Source: an uncultured bacterium (lineage in GTDB: Bacteria > Chloroflexota > UBA5177 > JANWHV01). Taken from it: 64,000 nucleotides of DNA. Shown here piece after piece: positions 44,252-54,390 of this stretch. The translations under genes were made by a program, and so were the position numbers. The notes below the pieces were generated by a model that was given only the letters and a program-made list of their open reading frames with translations, did no database searches and was not told where the DNA came from. The stretch covers positions 256,001-320,000 of the forward strand of contig CAWHAE010000014.1 in NCBI GenBank assembly GCA_963827235.1, in the 5' to 3' direction. How positions within the stretch are numbered: the stretch's first letter is position 1; every line of letters begins with the position of its first letter.

Positions 44252-45122
44252 ACGGCCCCACCCGGCGGGTGAGCGCGATACAGCGTCTCGCCCGCCGCAA
44301 CGCGGGAACTGGTCCCGCCCGGACACCGTTACCGACGCGGCAATCCGCACCGCGCGCAGCCTCCGCACGCCACAGGGCCGTCGTCGCCTCGGGCAGTTCT
44401 TGCTCGAAGGGGTGCGTTTGGTTGAGGACGCGTTGTCCAGGGGAGTGAGACCCGAGGCAGTTTTTGTCACGCCCCACCTCCTCGAATCGACCGATCGCGG
44501 ACGCGATCTGGCGCGTGTTGTACGACGGATGGACGTTCCCCTCTTTGAGCTGGCCGAACGTCACCTCGCACTGGTGGCCGACACCGAGGCTCCTGCAGGG
44601 ATCGTAGTAGTCGCCGCCACGCCTCCGGCGCCCGCCGAGCTGCCTGAGGCAAGGGGTCCGGGCCTGGCTGCCGTGGTTCTCGATCAGATTCGCGACCCTG
44701 GCAACATTGGGGGCATCCTGCGAACGACGGCGGCGGCAGGCATCCGGCACATCGTATCCAGCGAGGGCAGCGCGGACCTGTGGGCGCCGAAGGTCGTACG
44801 CGCCGGCGCCGGCGCGCACTTCCGCCTCACGCTCTACCCCGGGCGGCCGGTAGGTGAGATCATCGAGTGGATCGGTACCTGGCGGCAATGCGTGCTTGCC
44901 GACGGTCGCAGCAGGACGACGATCTATCACGTCGACTGGACGCCGCCTACCGTGCTTGTCCTCTCCAACGAGGCGCACGGCGCATCCCGGTGGCTTGACG
45001 ACGTCTCGTTGCTGAGGGCATCCATACCTATGGCCGCGGAGACCGAATCGATCAACGTCGCCGCCGCTTCCGCGGTGTTCGTCTATGAGGCGCGCAGGCA
45101 GCTGCTTGGAAGCAGACACTAA
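44220..45122 (+). CDS. TrmH/SpoU family RNA methyltransferase (start uncertain)
   Basis: [25 protein letters not shown]. Confidence 0.88.
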   Translation: MPNSRRSPGPERPHPAGERDTASRPPQRGNWSRPDTVTDAAIRTARSLRTPQGRRRLGQFLLEGVRLVEDALSRGVRPEAVFVTPHLLESTDRGRDLARVVRRMDVPLFELAERHLALVADTEAPAGIVVVAATPPAPAELPEARGPGLAAVVLDQIRDPGNIGGILRTTAAAGIRHIVSSEGSADLWAPKVVRAGAGAHFRLTLYPGRPVGEIIEWIGTWRQCVLADGRSRTTIYHVDWTPPTVLVLSNEAHGASRWLDDVSLLRASIPMAAETESINVAAASAVFVYEARRQLLGSRH

Positions 45123-45804
45123 GCGACTAGGCGCTGAACGTTCGTAACTCTTGCAGCGCGATACCTACGAACTTTGACCAGCTACCCGCTTTGCTAGTCA
45201 TGGTTGGTCGGCCCACGCCGCCGACGCACGTGGCTGTATTGGTCCTCGCAGTCGTCTGGTCGAGCCGGTTGTCGTCGATTGCATGCCCCACTTGCGCCGG
45301 GAGGCCTCGCGCACTCGCCAGCTCTCGGCTTCCAGCCGGTGCGTCTCTAGGTCCTGGTTCGAAGCCGCGTTCGTCCCATGCCGGGCGCAATTCCGCTCCG
45401 CCCACATCGTGAATTCTGCGTACCCTACCGCAGAAAAGTACCTCGCATTGCGGCCATGTACTGCCTCAGCAGATTCGAGACCCGGACATTCCGAGCGATC
45501 GGATAGCTGAGGGCAGCGAGCCCGTTCTCGTGGATTCTGCTCTTCACTGCCGCAGGCACGCTTGGCAACGCGTCCATCCGCCGGCGCGCACCCCTGCCAG
45601 ATGACCCGCCAACGCCTACCCTCCTGGCCCTCTCGATGGCGCAGGGCGAATCGCACATGGAGATCGTGGGCGATCCGGCAGCCGGACGAGGCTTGGCTCG
45701 CCGGTGCCAAGCTCTCCGCGATAGCCGCGCTCGTGGCTCTGCTGGTTCAGCAGGATTGTCCGCAGCGTGCGACCACGATCGGAGGTGCGAGAGTGACCAG
45801 GGAC

Positions 45805-45865
45805 TTGACATGGAGCCGGCAAAGTCTCAAACTCATAAGCGAAGATTGATTAAACCGATCTTTAT
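45805..45865 (+). promoter_or_regulatory. Promoter with double ArsR-type operator for the ArsR/PIM-like operon
   Basis: TTGACA-N17-CAAACT then ATAAG-N6-TTGAT/TTAAA-N6-TTTAT; 31/38 bp identical to the ino1 site. Confidence 0.8.
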
Positions 45866-45889
45866 CGGTCGAGCTGCGCGGAGGGCAAG

Positions 45890-46243
45890 ATGCGCGATTG
45901 GCGTGAGCTGCGCGGTTACTTTCGCGCCCTTGCCGACGTGCGCCGCCTGCGTATCGTCGCCGAGCTGGCTAATACTCCCGAGATCACCGTCAAGGAGCTC
46001 TGCGCGCGCCAGCGCGCCAGCCAACCCCTGGTGTCCTGGCATCTGAGGGTGCTCGTTCGCTGCGGCCTCGTTCGCACGCGCCGGCAGGGGCGTCAGGTCT
46101 TCTGCGCGCTGAATCGGCCGGCCTTTCGCGTCTATGAGGATCGCCTGACACGAATGCTTGACGAGCCGCTGGTCGATGAGGCCGCGACGTTGCGAGAGGA
46201 TCCCTCCCTGATGCAACCGCAGCATCCGCCTATCGGAGCGTGA
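45890..46243 (+). CDS. ArsR/SmtB family transcriptional regulator
   Basis: FRALADVRRLRI, SQPLVSWHLRVL..GLV..RRQGR. Confidence 0.9.
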   Translation: MRDWRELRGYFRALADVRRLRIVAELANTPEITVKELCARQRASQPLVSWHLRVLVRCGLVRTRRQGRQVFCALNRPAFRVYEDRLTRMLDEPLVDEAATLREDPSLMQPQHPPIGA

Positions 46244-46329
46244 CGTGAGGAGAAGGGTTCACGAACCCCATGAGTCATATTGAGCGGTCACTCGCAACGG
46301 CGATCTCGACCTACACGGCCGGCTGAGCC

Positions 46330-47379
46330 ATGTTCACGTACCGGCTGCTGCTCGTCTTGCGCGCCCTGGCTTGCCGCCTCCCCGCGCCGATGGTTGGACG
46401 GGCCGGCGCCCTGATCAGCTATCTCACATTCCTCGCCATGCCCGATAAGCGTGCCAACGTGGAGCGCAATCTACGCATTATGCTTGCCGGCTCCTCCAGG
46501 CGTCCTGGCTCCGATCTCCGGCGCCGGGCCAAGTACCTGGCTCGAAGGTCCATGGCGAGCTACGGCCAAGTGCTCGTGGACTTCCTGGCCTTCGAGGCGC
46601 TCTTGCCAAACGCGGCGCGAGATACCGAGCTCACGCCCGGCTTCGACCAGGTTGAGCGGCTGATTGCCAGCGGACGCGGCGCGGTCTTCGCCTGCCCACA
46701 TTTTGGTCACTGGGACATGGCCGGCGCGGTTCTCGCACAGCGCTTCCCGGGAAAGATCGCGGCTGTCGCCGAGCGCTTCTCGAACCCGCATATCGAGAAG
46801 ATGGTGGTCGGGCAGCGAGAGCAGTGCGGTCTCGAGATCGTGCCGATGGAGAACGTGAGGCAAATGACCCGCGTCCTTCGCGACGGGCGGGTGCTGGGAA
46901 TTCTGGCCGACCGGCCGGTTGCCGGCGATGAGGGTGTGCAGGTCCGGTTCTTCGGCAAACAGGCCAGGCTGCCCGCCGGCGTGGCCACGCTGGCCATGCT
47001 CGCGCGCTGCCCAATCATGGTGGGGTCGCTTCACCGGCGCGACGACGGACGGTTCGAGGGTTTCGTCATGCCCACTATCGAGCCGGTACGAACAGGCAAT
47101 CGGGCCGCGGACGTGGCCGCCACCATGCAGATCGTCGCTGAGCATCTCGAAACGGTCATTCGGCGCTCGCCGCACCAGTGGTATATGTTCCGGAACATGT
47201 GGCCCGACGCGGCGGTGCGTGAACCTGCGCGGCTGCTGTCGCCTGCGTGGAGAATGGCCTTGCTGCCGACGATTCTCGGCTCGATGGCCCTCGCCAACCT
47301 CATTCGCCTTCACAGGACCGAACCGGTCGTCGGTGACCTTGGCGCGCAGGAGCCGGCAACACGGGAGGCGTTGGCGTGA
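46330..47379 (+). CDS. PatA/HtrB-like lipid acyltransferase 1
   Basis: CPHFGHWDMAG, ILADR, VRFFG..LPAG, PHQWY. Confidence 0.85.
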   Translation: MFTYRLLLVLRALACRLPAPMVGRAGALISYLTFLAMPDKRANVERNLRIMLAGSSRRPGSDLRRRAKYLARRSMASYGQVLVDFLAFEALLPNAARDTELTPGFDQVERLIASGRGAVFACPHFGHWDMAGAVLAQRFPGKIAAVAERFSNPHIEKMVVGQREQCGLEIVPMENVRQMTRVLRDGRVLGILADRPVAGDEGVQVRFFGKQARLPAGVATLAMLARCPIMVGSLHRRDDGRFEGFVMPTIEPVRTGNRAADVAATMQIVAEHLETVIRRSPHQWYMFRNMWPDAAVREPARLLSPAWRMALLPTILGSMALANLIRLHRTEPVVGDLGAQEPATREALA

Positions 47380-47416
47380 ATACCGCTCGCGCCGGCAGTG
47401 CAGGAGGAGACCGCCG

Positions 47417-48418
47417 ATGTCCTGGCGACTGAGCGCACACATCACCGCCACGAGGATAGTCTCCGCTTTGCCCCGCGGTCTCTCATACCGCACAGCCCGC
47501 TGCGTCGGTACCCTGATCTCGCTGCCGCCGTCGTCCAGGAAACGTGTCCTTACCGGTAACATCGCCGTCGCGCATGGACTTCCCGAGAACCATCCCCGAG
47601 TGCACCGCGACGTGCGCAGAGCATTTCAGCATGCCATGCTCAACTACGTCGACCTGTTTGGCCTGGAACGACACGACGCTCCGGAGTTGATCGACAGCAT
47701 ACGGGTTGACGACTGGAGTCCGTACGTGCGGGCAGAGGAGAAGGGCAAAGGGGTCATTCTGTTCAGCGCTCACCTCGGCAACTACGACACGGTCGTGCAG
47801 AAGCTGGCGATCCGCGGCAGGCGTGTGCTCATTCCCGTGGAGAACATCGAGCCGCGCGACCTGCTGAATGCGTTGCGCGCGCGGAGAGCGGCGTTGGGCA
47901 TGGACATTGCTCCGGTGGGGCCCGATACCTTCAAGCAGATGGCGGCGCACGTGCGCTCGGGCGGCACCGTCGTCATCGTCTGCGACCGCGATATTCAGGG
48001 CACCGGCGTCCCGGTGACGTTCTTCTGCCGGCAGGCCCGCCTTCCACAAGCGGCCGTCCTGCTCGCATTGCGCACCGGTGCGCCAATTCTGGGCGCGTTC
48101 GGCTATCGGTTCGACGACAACAGCATAAGCGGTCGGCTGACGGCCGAGATCGATGTCGGGCGCGGGCAGGCTGGAGATCGCACTACATCTCTGCGCCAGG
48201 CCGTTGAGCAGGGCATGAAAGCTCTCGTGTCCGTGCTCGAGCGCGAGATTCGCAGCGATCCCGGTCAGTGGGTCATGCAGCAGCCGGTATTCGCGGCGCA
48301 TGGCGCTGGGGCACTGGCGAAGCCGGTTCTCGAGGTGAAGCCTGCGCACCGCCGGATCGCTCTCCCGATTCACGTGGCAGCACGAGCTCTCGTGCCATCG
48401 GGGGGGAAACGCGGATGA
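47417..48418 (+). CDS. PatA/HtrB-like lipid acyltransferase 2
   Basis: AGGAGG RBS; SAHLGNYD, VCDRD, VTFF..LP, PGQWVMQQP. Confidence 0.85.
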   Translation: MSWRLSAHITATRIVSALPRGLSYRTARCVGTLISLPPSSRKRVLTGNIAVAHGLPENHPRVHRDVRRAFQHAMLNYVDLFGLERHDAPELIDSIRVDDWSPYVRAEEKGKGVILFSAHLGNYDTVVQKLAIRGRRVLIPVENIEPRDLLNALRARRAALGMDIAPVGPDTFKQMAAHVRSGGTVVIVCDRDIQGTGVPVTFFCRQARLPQAAVLLALRTGAPILGAFGYRFDDNSISGRLTAEIDVGRGQAGDRTTSLRQAVEQGMKALVSVLEREIRSDPGQWVMQQPVFAAHGAGALAKPVLEVKPAHRRIALPIHVAARALVPSGGKRG

Positions 48419-49662
48419 AGATCGGCCTCGTTTCTCCCTACGACTATCGTGTGCCGGGCGGAGTCGGCAAGCATATCGATGCCCTGCGCGCCCAGCTCGT
48501 GCGCAAGGGTCACGAGGTCCGCGTTATGGCGCCCGGCGCCGACGATCGTGTGGAGGAAGACCGCCACGGGATCTACCGGATCGGCCGCGTGACGCCGATC
48601 CCGGCAAACGGCTCAGTTGCGCGCATCTCTATCGGCGTGCCATTGTACACCGGTCTGGCACGCAAAGTGCGCTGGGTGTTGGATGCGGAGCGGTTTGACG
48701 TGCTGCACGTACACGAACCGCTCATGCCCACGCTGCCGCTCGCCGTCCTGATGGCGCGCGTGCCTGATGCGATCAAGGTGGGCACATTCCACGCGTTCCG
48801 CGAGAAATACTACGGCTACTACTACGGCCGGCCGCTATTGCGCAGCGTCGCCAACAGGCTGGACGGCCGCATCGCGGTTTCGCGAGCCGCGTACGAGTTC
48901 GTCAGCAGGTACTTTCCCGGCACTTATTCGCTTATTCCCAACGGCGTCGACATCGACCGCTTCAGCGATCAGGCAGAGCCCATCGAGCGCTATCGCGACG
49001 GCAGACCAACCGTGCTGTTCGTGGGCCGGTTCGAAAAGCGCAAGGGCCTTGCCTATTTGATCCGGGCCTACGACGACTTGCACGCGGCGTTTCCCGACGT
49101 TCGCATTCTCGTAGTTGGGCGCCAGGGCCGCGCCGGCCGGGGCTACGTCGAATACGCCCGGGAGCACGACCTTCGCGGTATCGAGTTTGTCGGCGAGGTG
49201 AGTCAGGACGATTTGCCGCGCTACTACCGGAGCTGCGACGTGTTTTGTGCTCCTGCCCTAAGCGGAGAGAGCTTTGGCATGGTGCTTCTCGAAGCCATGG
49301 CCTCGGGGAAGCCGGTCGTTGCGTCGGCAATAGACGGCTACAAACAGGTCGTCCAAGACGGCGTGCAAGGACGCCTGGTGCCACCGCGCGACAGCTCGGG
49401 CCTTGCGCAGGCCCTGATCGAAGTGTTGAGCTCGGATGAGGCCCGCCGAAACTACGGCGAGCACGGCCGCCTCACTGCTAAGGCATTCAGCTGGGAACGC
49501 GTGTCCACTCGGCTCATTCACTTCTACGAAGACGTACAGCGCCGCTCGGCAACTGGAGCCCAGGACTGGATGTCCGCCATAGAGATCCAGGGCCCGTGGT
49601 TTGCCGATCCGGTTCCAGATGCAAAGGATTCCGCGGGTCTATCTGAGGGAGCGGCAACGTGA
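48415..49662 (+). CDS. pimA: GT4 glycosyltransferase, PimA-like (phosphatidylinositol alpha-mannosyltransferase)
   Basis: MKIGLVSPY..VPGGV, IPANGSVAR, LHVHEP, GESFGMVLLEAMA. Confidence 0.82.
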   Translation: MKIGLVSPYDYRVPGGVGKHIDALRAQLVRKGHEVRVMAPGADDRVEEDRHGIYRIGRVTPIPANGSVARISIGVPLYTGLARKVRWVLDAERFDVLHVHEPLMPTLPLAVLMARVPDAIKVGTFHAFREKYYGYYYGRPLLRSVANRLDGRIAVSRAAYEFVSRYFPGTYSLIPNGVDIDRFSDQAEPIERYRDGRPTVLFVGRFEKRKGLAYLIRAYDDLHAAFPDVRILVVGRQGRAGRGYVEYAREHDLRGIEFVGEVSQDDLPRYYRSCDVFCAPALSGESFGMVLLEAMASGKPVVASAIDGYKQVVQDGVQGRLVPPRDSSGLAQALIEVLSSDEARRNYGEHGRLTAKAFSWERVSTRLIHFYEDVQRRSATGAQDWMSAIEIQGPWFADPVPDAKDSAGLSEGAAT

Positions 49663-49686
49663 CTGGTTGGAAGGTGAGGGCGAGCA

Positions 49687-50340
49687 ATGTTCAATAAAGC
49701 AGTACAGGACTGGGTGAGAGCGCTTGCAATCAAGGTGATGAAGCGCTTCGACCATGTGCCGATCACCCCAAACCAGGTCACGGTCGCCGGTCTGTTGTTC
49801 ACTCTGGTGGTTGCCTGGCTCGTGGGAGCGGGCTTTGTCTTCGCTGGGGGCGTTGTGCTCGCCGCCAGCAGCGTCACCGACATCGCCGACGGCGCACTGG
49901 CGCGCGCCCGCAATGCGTGTACGGATTACGGCGCCTTCTTCGACTCCCTGCTCGACCGCATCGGCGAGGCCGTGATCGGTATCGGCATAATTGTGTATTA
50001 TGTCAATCACGGTCATGCCATGGAAGGCGCGCTGCTCACCTACCTCAGCGTATGCGGCGCGCTCATGGTAAGCTACGCTCGGGCGCGAGCAGAGGGCCTG
50101 GACATCGAGTGCAACGTCGGCTTCATGGCCCGTCCGGAGCGCATTGTGGTCACCTGCGCGGGCATGATCCTGTTCCCGCTGTGCGGGCTATGGATACTCA
50201 GCGCTTCGCTCTGGGTGCTGATCGTGACTACCTTCTTCACCACCGCACAGCGACTATACCATGTGTACACTGTGACCCACCCTCGCATGATGGTTGATGA
50301 CCGGCCGCGCCTGCTCAAGCGTCGCCGGGTAGCCAGCTAG
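49687..50340 (+). CDS. pgsA: CDP-alcohol phosphatidyltransferase, phosphatidylinositol-phosphate synthase-like
   Basis: [37 protein letters not shown]. Confidence 0.82.
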   Translation: MFNKAVQDWVRALAIKVMKRFDHVPITPNQVTVAGLLFTLVVAWLVGAGFVFAGGVVLAASSVTDIADGALARARNACTDYGAFFDSLLDRIGEAVIGIGIIVYYVNHGHAMEGALLTYLSVCGALMVSYARARAEGLDIECNVGFMARPERIVVTCAGMILFPLCGLWILSASLWVLIVTTFFTTAQRLYHVYTVTHPRMMVDDRPRLLKRRRVAS

Positions 50341-50491
50341 AGGCCGGATCATCTGCCCCGGCGATGGGCGCCGGCTTGCCGGGCATGGTAGCATTGACCC
50401 TGCACGCGGGCTGTTCCTGTGCAGGAATGGATACGGAAGAAGCCGGCAGTGCGTCCCCGCCATGGCTTCACGTGACCACCCGGAGGAGGGA

Positions 50492-51769
50492 ATGTCAACA
50501 ACCGTGCCCGTTACAGACGTGCTCCGCGCGCTCAGGGAAGTAGATCCGGAGATACTCTCCGCGATCGAGGGTGAGCAGCGCAGACAGACCGACAAGATCG
50601 AGCTGATCGCCTCGGAAAACTACACAAGTGCGGCCGTGCTCGCGGCACAGGGTTCCGTGCTTACGAACAAGTACGCCGAAGGCTACCCCGGTCGCCGTTA
50701 CTACGGCGGATGCGAATGGGTGGACGTGGTCGAGCGGCTGGCTCGCTCCCGGGCAATGGAGCTCTTCCAGGCCGAGCATGCCAACGTTCAGCCTCACAGC
50801 GGCTCCACAGCGAACATGGTGGCTTATGCCTCGGTGTTGCAGCCTGGCGACACGCTGCTCGGCCTGCGCCTCGACCAGGGTGGCCACCTGACGCACGGCA
50901 GTCCCGTCAACTTCTCGGGGCTCTCCTATCACGTGGTGTCATATGGCGTGGACCGCGAGAGCGAGCAAATCGACTATGAAGAGGTCGCTCGCACGGCGCA
51001 CGCCTGCCGTCCCAAGGTGATCGTAGCCGGGGGAAGCGCCTATCCGCGCCTTCTCGACTTCGCTCGCTTCCGCGAGATCGCCGATGAGGTCGGGGCGGTC
51101 CTGATCGTCGATATGGCTCACATTGCAGGACTGGTAGCCGCCGGCGTGCATCCCAGCCCGGTGCCGCACGCCCAGATCGTGACCAGCACCACGCACAAGA
51201 CCTTGCGCGGCCCGCGCTCCGGCATGATCCTGTGCGACGAGGAGCACAAGAAACCGATCGACAAGTGCGTCTTCCCCGGCATGCAAGGCGGGCCCCTCAT
51301 GCACGTCATAGCGGCCAAGGCAGTGGCATTCCAGGAAGCGCTGCAGCCGCAGTTCAAGACGTACGCGGCGGCCGTCGTGACGAACGCCAAGGTTCTGGCG
51401 CAGACGCTCCAGGACGCCGGGTTGCGCATCGTCAGCGGCGGTACCGACACGCATCTCCTGCTCGTGGACCTTCGCTCCGTGGGCCTGGATGGCAAGACCG
51501 CCGAGCGTGCGCTCGATGCCATCGGGATCACGGCCAATCGAAACGCCATTCCGTTCGACCCGCAGCCGCCCACCAATCCCAGTGGTCTTCGTCTCGGAAG
51601 CGCAGCTGTCACGACCCGCGGATTCACGGAGACAGAGATGCGCCGCCTGGCAGGGATAATCGTCGAGGTGTTGAGGGCTCCGGAGAACGAATCGGTCCGC
51701 CTTCGTGCGGCTCGCGACGTCGTCGACCTTACCTCGCGCTTCCCGGTTCCGGGCATCACGGACCGATAA
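50492..51769 (+). CDS. glyA: Serine hydroxymethyltransferase
   Basis: [32 protein letters not shown]. Confidence 0.96.
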   Translation: MSTTVPVTDVLRALREVDPEILSAIEGEQRRQTDKIELIASENYTSAAVLAAQGSVLTNKYAEGYPGRRYYGGCEWVDVVERLARSRAMELFQAEHANVQPHSGSTANMVAYASVLQPGDTLLGLRLDQGGHLTHGSPVNFSGLSYHVVSYGVDRESEQIDYEEVARTAHACRPKVIVAGGSAYPRLLDFARFREIADEVGAVLIVDMAHIAGLVAAGVHPSPVPHAQIVTSTTHKTLRGPRSGMILCDEEHKKPIDKCVFPGMQGGPLMHVIAAKAVAFQEALQPQFKTYAAAVVTNAKVLAQTLQDAGLRIVSGGTDTHLLLVDLRSVGLDGKTAERALDAIGITANRNAIPFDPQPPTNPSGLRLGSAAVTTRGFTETEMRRLAGIIVEVLRAPENESVRLRAARDVVDLTSRFPVPGITDR

Positions 51770-51774
51770 CGGTA

Positions 51775-52022
51775 TTCCGGACCGGGAGCCACGCGGCAAA
51801 GGCGCACTCGGTGCTCTCCAGGAGTTCCCGTGGAGAGCACTATGGTCCGCGAAACGCGGTGTTCGCTCCGCCTCCGTGTGGTTCCACGTTGGCCCGGGTG
51901 CAGAAAGGCGCGAGAGAGAACCCGCTTCCGGCGGCCGGCACCCATGCCCGGCGTCAAGTCACATTGAAGCCCGTCTGAGCCAAAAAGACCCTATGCAACC
52001 GCCACGTCCCGTTCCGGACCGG
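51775..52022. other. Structured intergenic element flanked by 11-bp direct repeats (ncRNA or MITE candidate)
   Basis: TTCCGGACCGG at both ends; several long stems. Confidence 0.4.
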
Positions 52023-52071
52023 TGCCAGCCCGCGTCGGGCCGGCTTGGGTACAAGGGCTCCCCTGGGGTAC

Positions 52072-52551
52072 CTAGAGACCGGGAACCACCGCCTGTAGCA
52101 GACGATGCAGGAGCGAGTCCTGCTGCGGCTTGTGCTTCGTCGTGGGAGGCTGGCTGATCGCCACTGCGTCACTCGACGGGGTAGTCGACGTACTGATCTC
52201 CAGCTGGATGTCCCCCGGTTGCACGTACCCGTATCTACGGGCTTCCTGCATGTAGAACGAGCGCGAGTGCGCGTATGTCAGGTCCAGCTGCAAGGACTGG
52301 ATCTGCGAGCTGAGCGCGGCGATCTCTTGAACGCGCTGCTGCTTCTCCTGACCCATCTGATAGCTGACCCACGCCTTGTCGGCGAAGTTGGCCGCGAAGA
52401 AGACCGCCGAAACGATCAGCAGCGAGATGCCGAGGCGGCCGGAAGCCTTGTCCCAGCCCACTGAGCGAAACGCCGCGCGCATCCCCCAGCCCAGCCGCCT
52501 CAGATCGCCTTTCACGTACTCGTCCTCCAGCCCGCTCGGTGGCGGACGCAC
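52072..52551 (-). CDS. Septum formation initiator (FtsB/DivIC)-like protein
   Basis: One transmembrane helix, coiled coil, EARRYGYVQPGD. Confidence 0.65.
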   Translation of the reverse strand: MRPPPSGLEDEYVKGDLRRLGWGMRAAFRSVGWDKASGRLGISLLIVSAVFFAANFADKAWVSYQMGQEKQQRVQEIAALSSQIQSLQLDLTYAHSRSFYMQEARRYGYVQPGDIQLEISTSTTPSSDAVAISQPPTTKHKPQQDSLLHRLLQAVVPGL

Positions 52552-52664
52552 CTGGATTGCCGGTCCCGCCGGCCTACGGTGCGACTTCCCCCATCAATGC
52601 CAAGCGTGCAGCTCCTGCTGCCGGTAAGCAGTAGCCACACGGCGGAATCGGAGCAGTGCTGCTG

Positions 52665-52937
52665 CTAACCGGCAGCCTGATTCAGCTTCTTCATCAGCCG
52701 CGACTTGCGGCGTGCAGCGTTGTTCTTGTGCAGAATACCCTTGGAGGCAGCGGAGTCGAGCTCCTTCAATGCCTTCGCCACGGCCTCGACGGTCAGCGCC
52801 TCGCTCACCGTTGCCGACTTGATCGACTTCTCAGCCGACTTCACGAACGTGCGTACGCTAGACTTCGCCGATCGATTGCGGAGATGCCGGCGCTCTGACA
52901 CTTTTGTACGCTTGATTGCTGACTTGATATTGGGCAC
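52665..52937 (-). CDS. rpsT: 30S ribosomal protein S20
   Basis: PNIKSAIKR, KGILHKNNAARRKSRL. Confidence 0.96.
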   Translation of the reverse strand: MPNIKSAIKRTKVSERRHLRNRSAKSSVRTFVKSAEKSIKSATVSEALTVEAVAKALKELDSAASKGILHKNNAARRKSRLMKKLNQAAG

Positions 52938-53246
52938 GAACTGCTCCCCATCGGCGAGACCCGGTCATCACCCGATCGCCGCCACCTGCACGAAGGCGCC
53001 AACGCACCTTGGCTTCTCAAAATCCATCGCTAACTATAGCAGAGACGGGCGCCTGACGCAATCGAAGAGACCACCTTCGCAGAGCCCGGGATCCTGGATC
53101 CGGCGTCTCGGTCCGCCGATCCTTGGGCCGCGACCGTCCGGCCCGCCTCCGCGCGCACGTGGCGCGGCCTCCATTGGTACGAGTCAACAACCCGCTGCGT
53201 CACTCGGTCCAGGTAGGCCCGAACACCTACTCCCTATGCGGCGAGG

Positions 53247-54104
53247 CTATGGCTTAGCGGTCAGATAGGCGGTAGCGTTGGTGATGCTGGTCGAGGATAC
53301 GGCGACTGCCACCATGTGGCCGCCCACCGTAGCCGTCGTCACGCTTACCTGGAACCCAGCGTGGATATTGTCGGCTGAGACCTGGCTGAACATATATATC
53401 TCGCTCTTGGACGACAGTGTGTAGGTTGCCGTCTTGCCTTGTGCCGTCTTGATGGTCAGCTTGGTACCCTGCACACTGGTCACAGTGCCCGCGGTAGGTA
53501 CCATGAATCGCCCAGGGTTGCCGTTGCCGCGGCCCGGAGTGCCTACCGGCGTGCCTTTGCCGGCCGGGGGCGTCCCCACCGGCATGGGATTGCCGGCGCC
53601 GGGCGTTCCTGCCGGCATGCCGGGACCTGATGTTCCGCTTGGCTGCGTTCCACTATTGCTGAGCACCTGGACAAAGCCGTAGAGACCGCCCGATGGTGCT
53701 ATTGTCACCATGGTGGGCTGCGTGGCATCGCCTAAGAACCGGACCGTCACCCTCTCTCCGGCCTTGAGGTCCGCGGCCGACGCCGCGCTCGCCACGAAGA
53801 AGCGCGTGCTCGAATACCTGGCTATGGATTGCACGCCGCTGAACGACTGCAGTTGCACGGCTTGAGCCGTGATACCCGCGAGTCTGCCGGCTACGACGTC
53901 CGAGAGTCCGGAACGCCCGCCGGGGAGTTGACCGCCGGCTCCTGGAGCACCACCCGGCCCTGGAGTGCCCGCCGACGTGGGTTGGGCCGCCGGCGAAGCA
54001 TGCGAAGCCTGCGCCGGAGCCGCGGCGTGTGAAGCCAGCGGGACGGCCATAAGCGTGCAGGCTAGGCCGATCGCGCTCAGGGTCTTCAGAGTGGACGAAT
54101 TCAT
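53247..54104 (-). CDS. Secreted hypothetical protein with OB-fold-like segments and GTP-rich linkers
   Basis: Signal peptide; DLKAGERVTV, GTVTSVQGTKLTI. Confidence 0.6.
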   Translation of the reverse strand: MNSSTLKTLSAIGLACTLMAVPLASHAAAPAQASHASPAAQPTSAGTPGPGGAPGAGGQLPGGRSGLSDVVAGRLAGITAQAVQLQSFSGVQSIARYSSTRFFVASAASAADLKAGERVTVRFLGDATQPTMVTIAPSGGLYGFVQVLSNSGTQPSGTSGPGMPAGTPGAGNPMPVGTPPAGKGTPVGTPGRGNGNPGRFMVPTAGTVTSVQGTKLTIKTAQGKTATYTLSSKSEIYMFSQVSADNIHAGFQVSVTTATVGGHMVAVAVSSTSITNATAYLTAKP

Positions 54105-54390
54105 CTCTATCGATTCTCCAATCGAGATTCACGGCGCGATTCCCGCGCCGAACGTGCCAAAACGCAGGCTCCGTGCCGACCCGCGCGGAATCAGCGTAGC
54201 TCGCCGGCGTGACCTGGGCATGACCGAGCCATGACAGTTCTATGACGCGAGCCCAAGCATTCTCTAAGAGAGCCTCGCCCGCGCGCAGTTCCACCCTGGA
54301 CCGATTGTAGTCACCACTGCGCCGGCGGCAGGGGCTCTGAAAGTGCCGACGGCCTCAAGTCGTACTGCCCAGGCCTGTCGCCGGTTCGCG

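Noticed and set aside
45127-45800. About 680-bp gap after the TrmH gene (expected pheS T-box or ncRNA)
   Set aside because: No T-box consensus, convincing ORF or clear structure found.
50341-50491. ZMP/ZTP or glycine riboswitch upstream of glyA
   Set aside because: Consensus elements absent.
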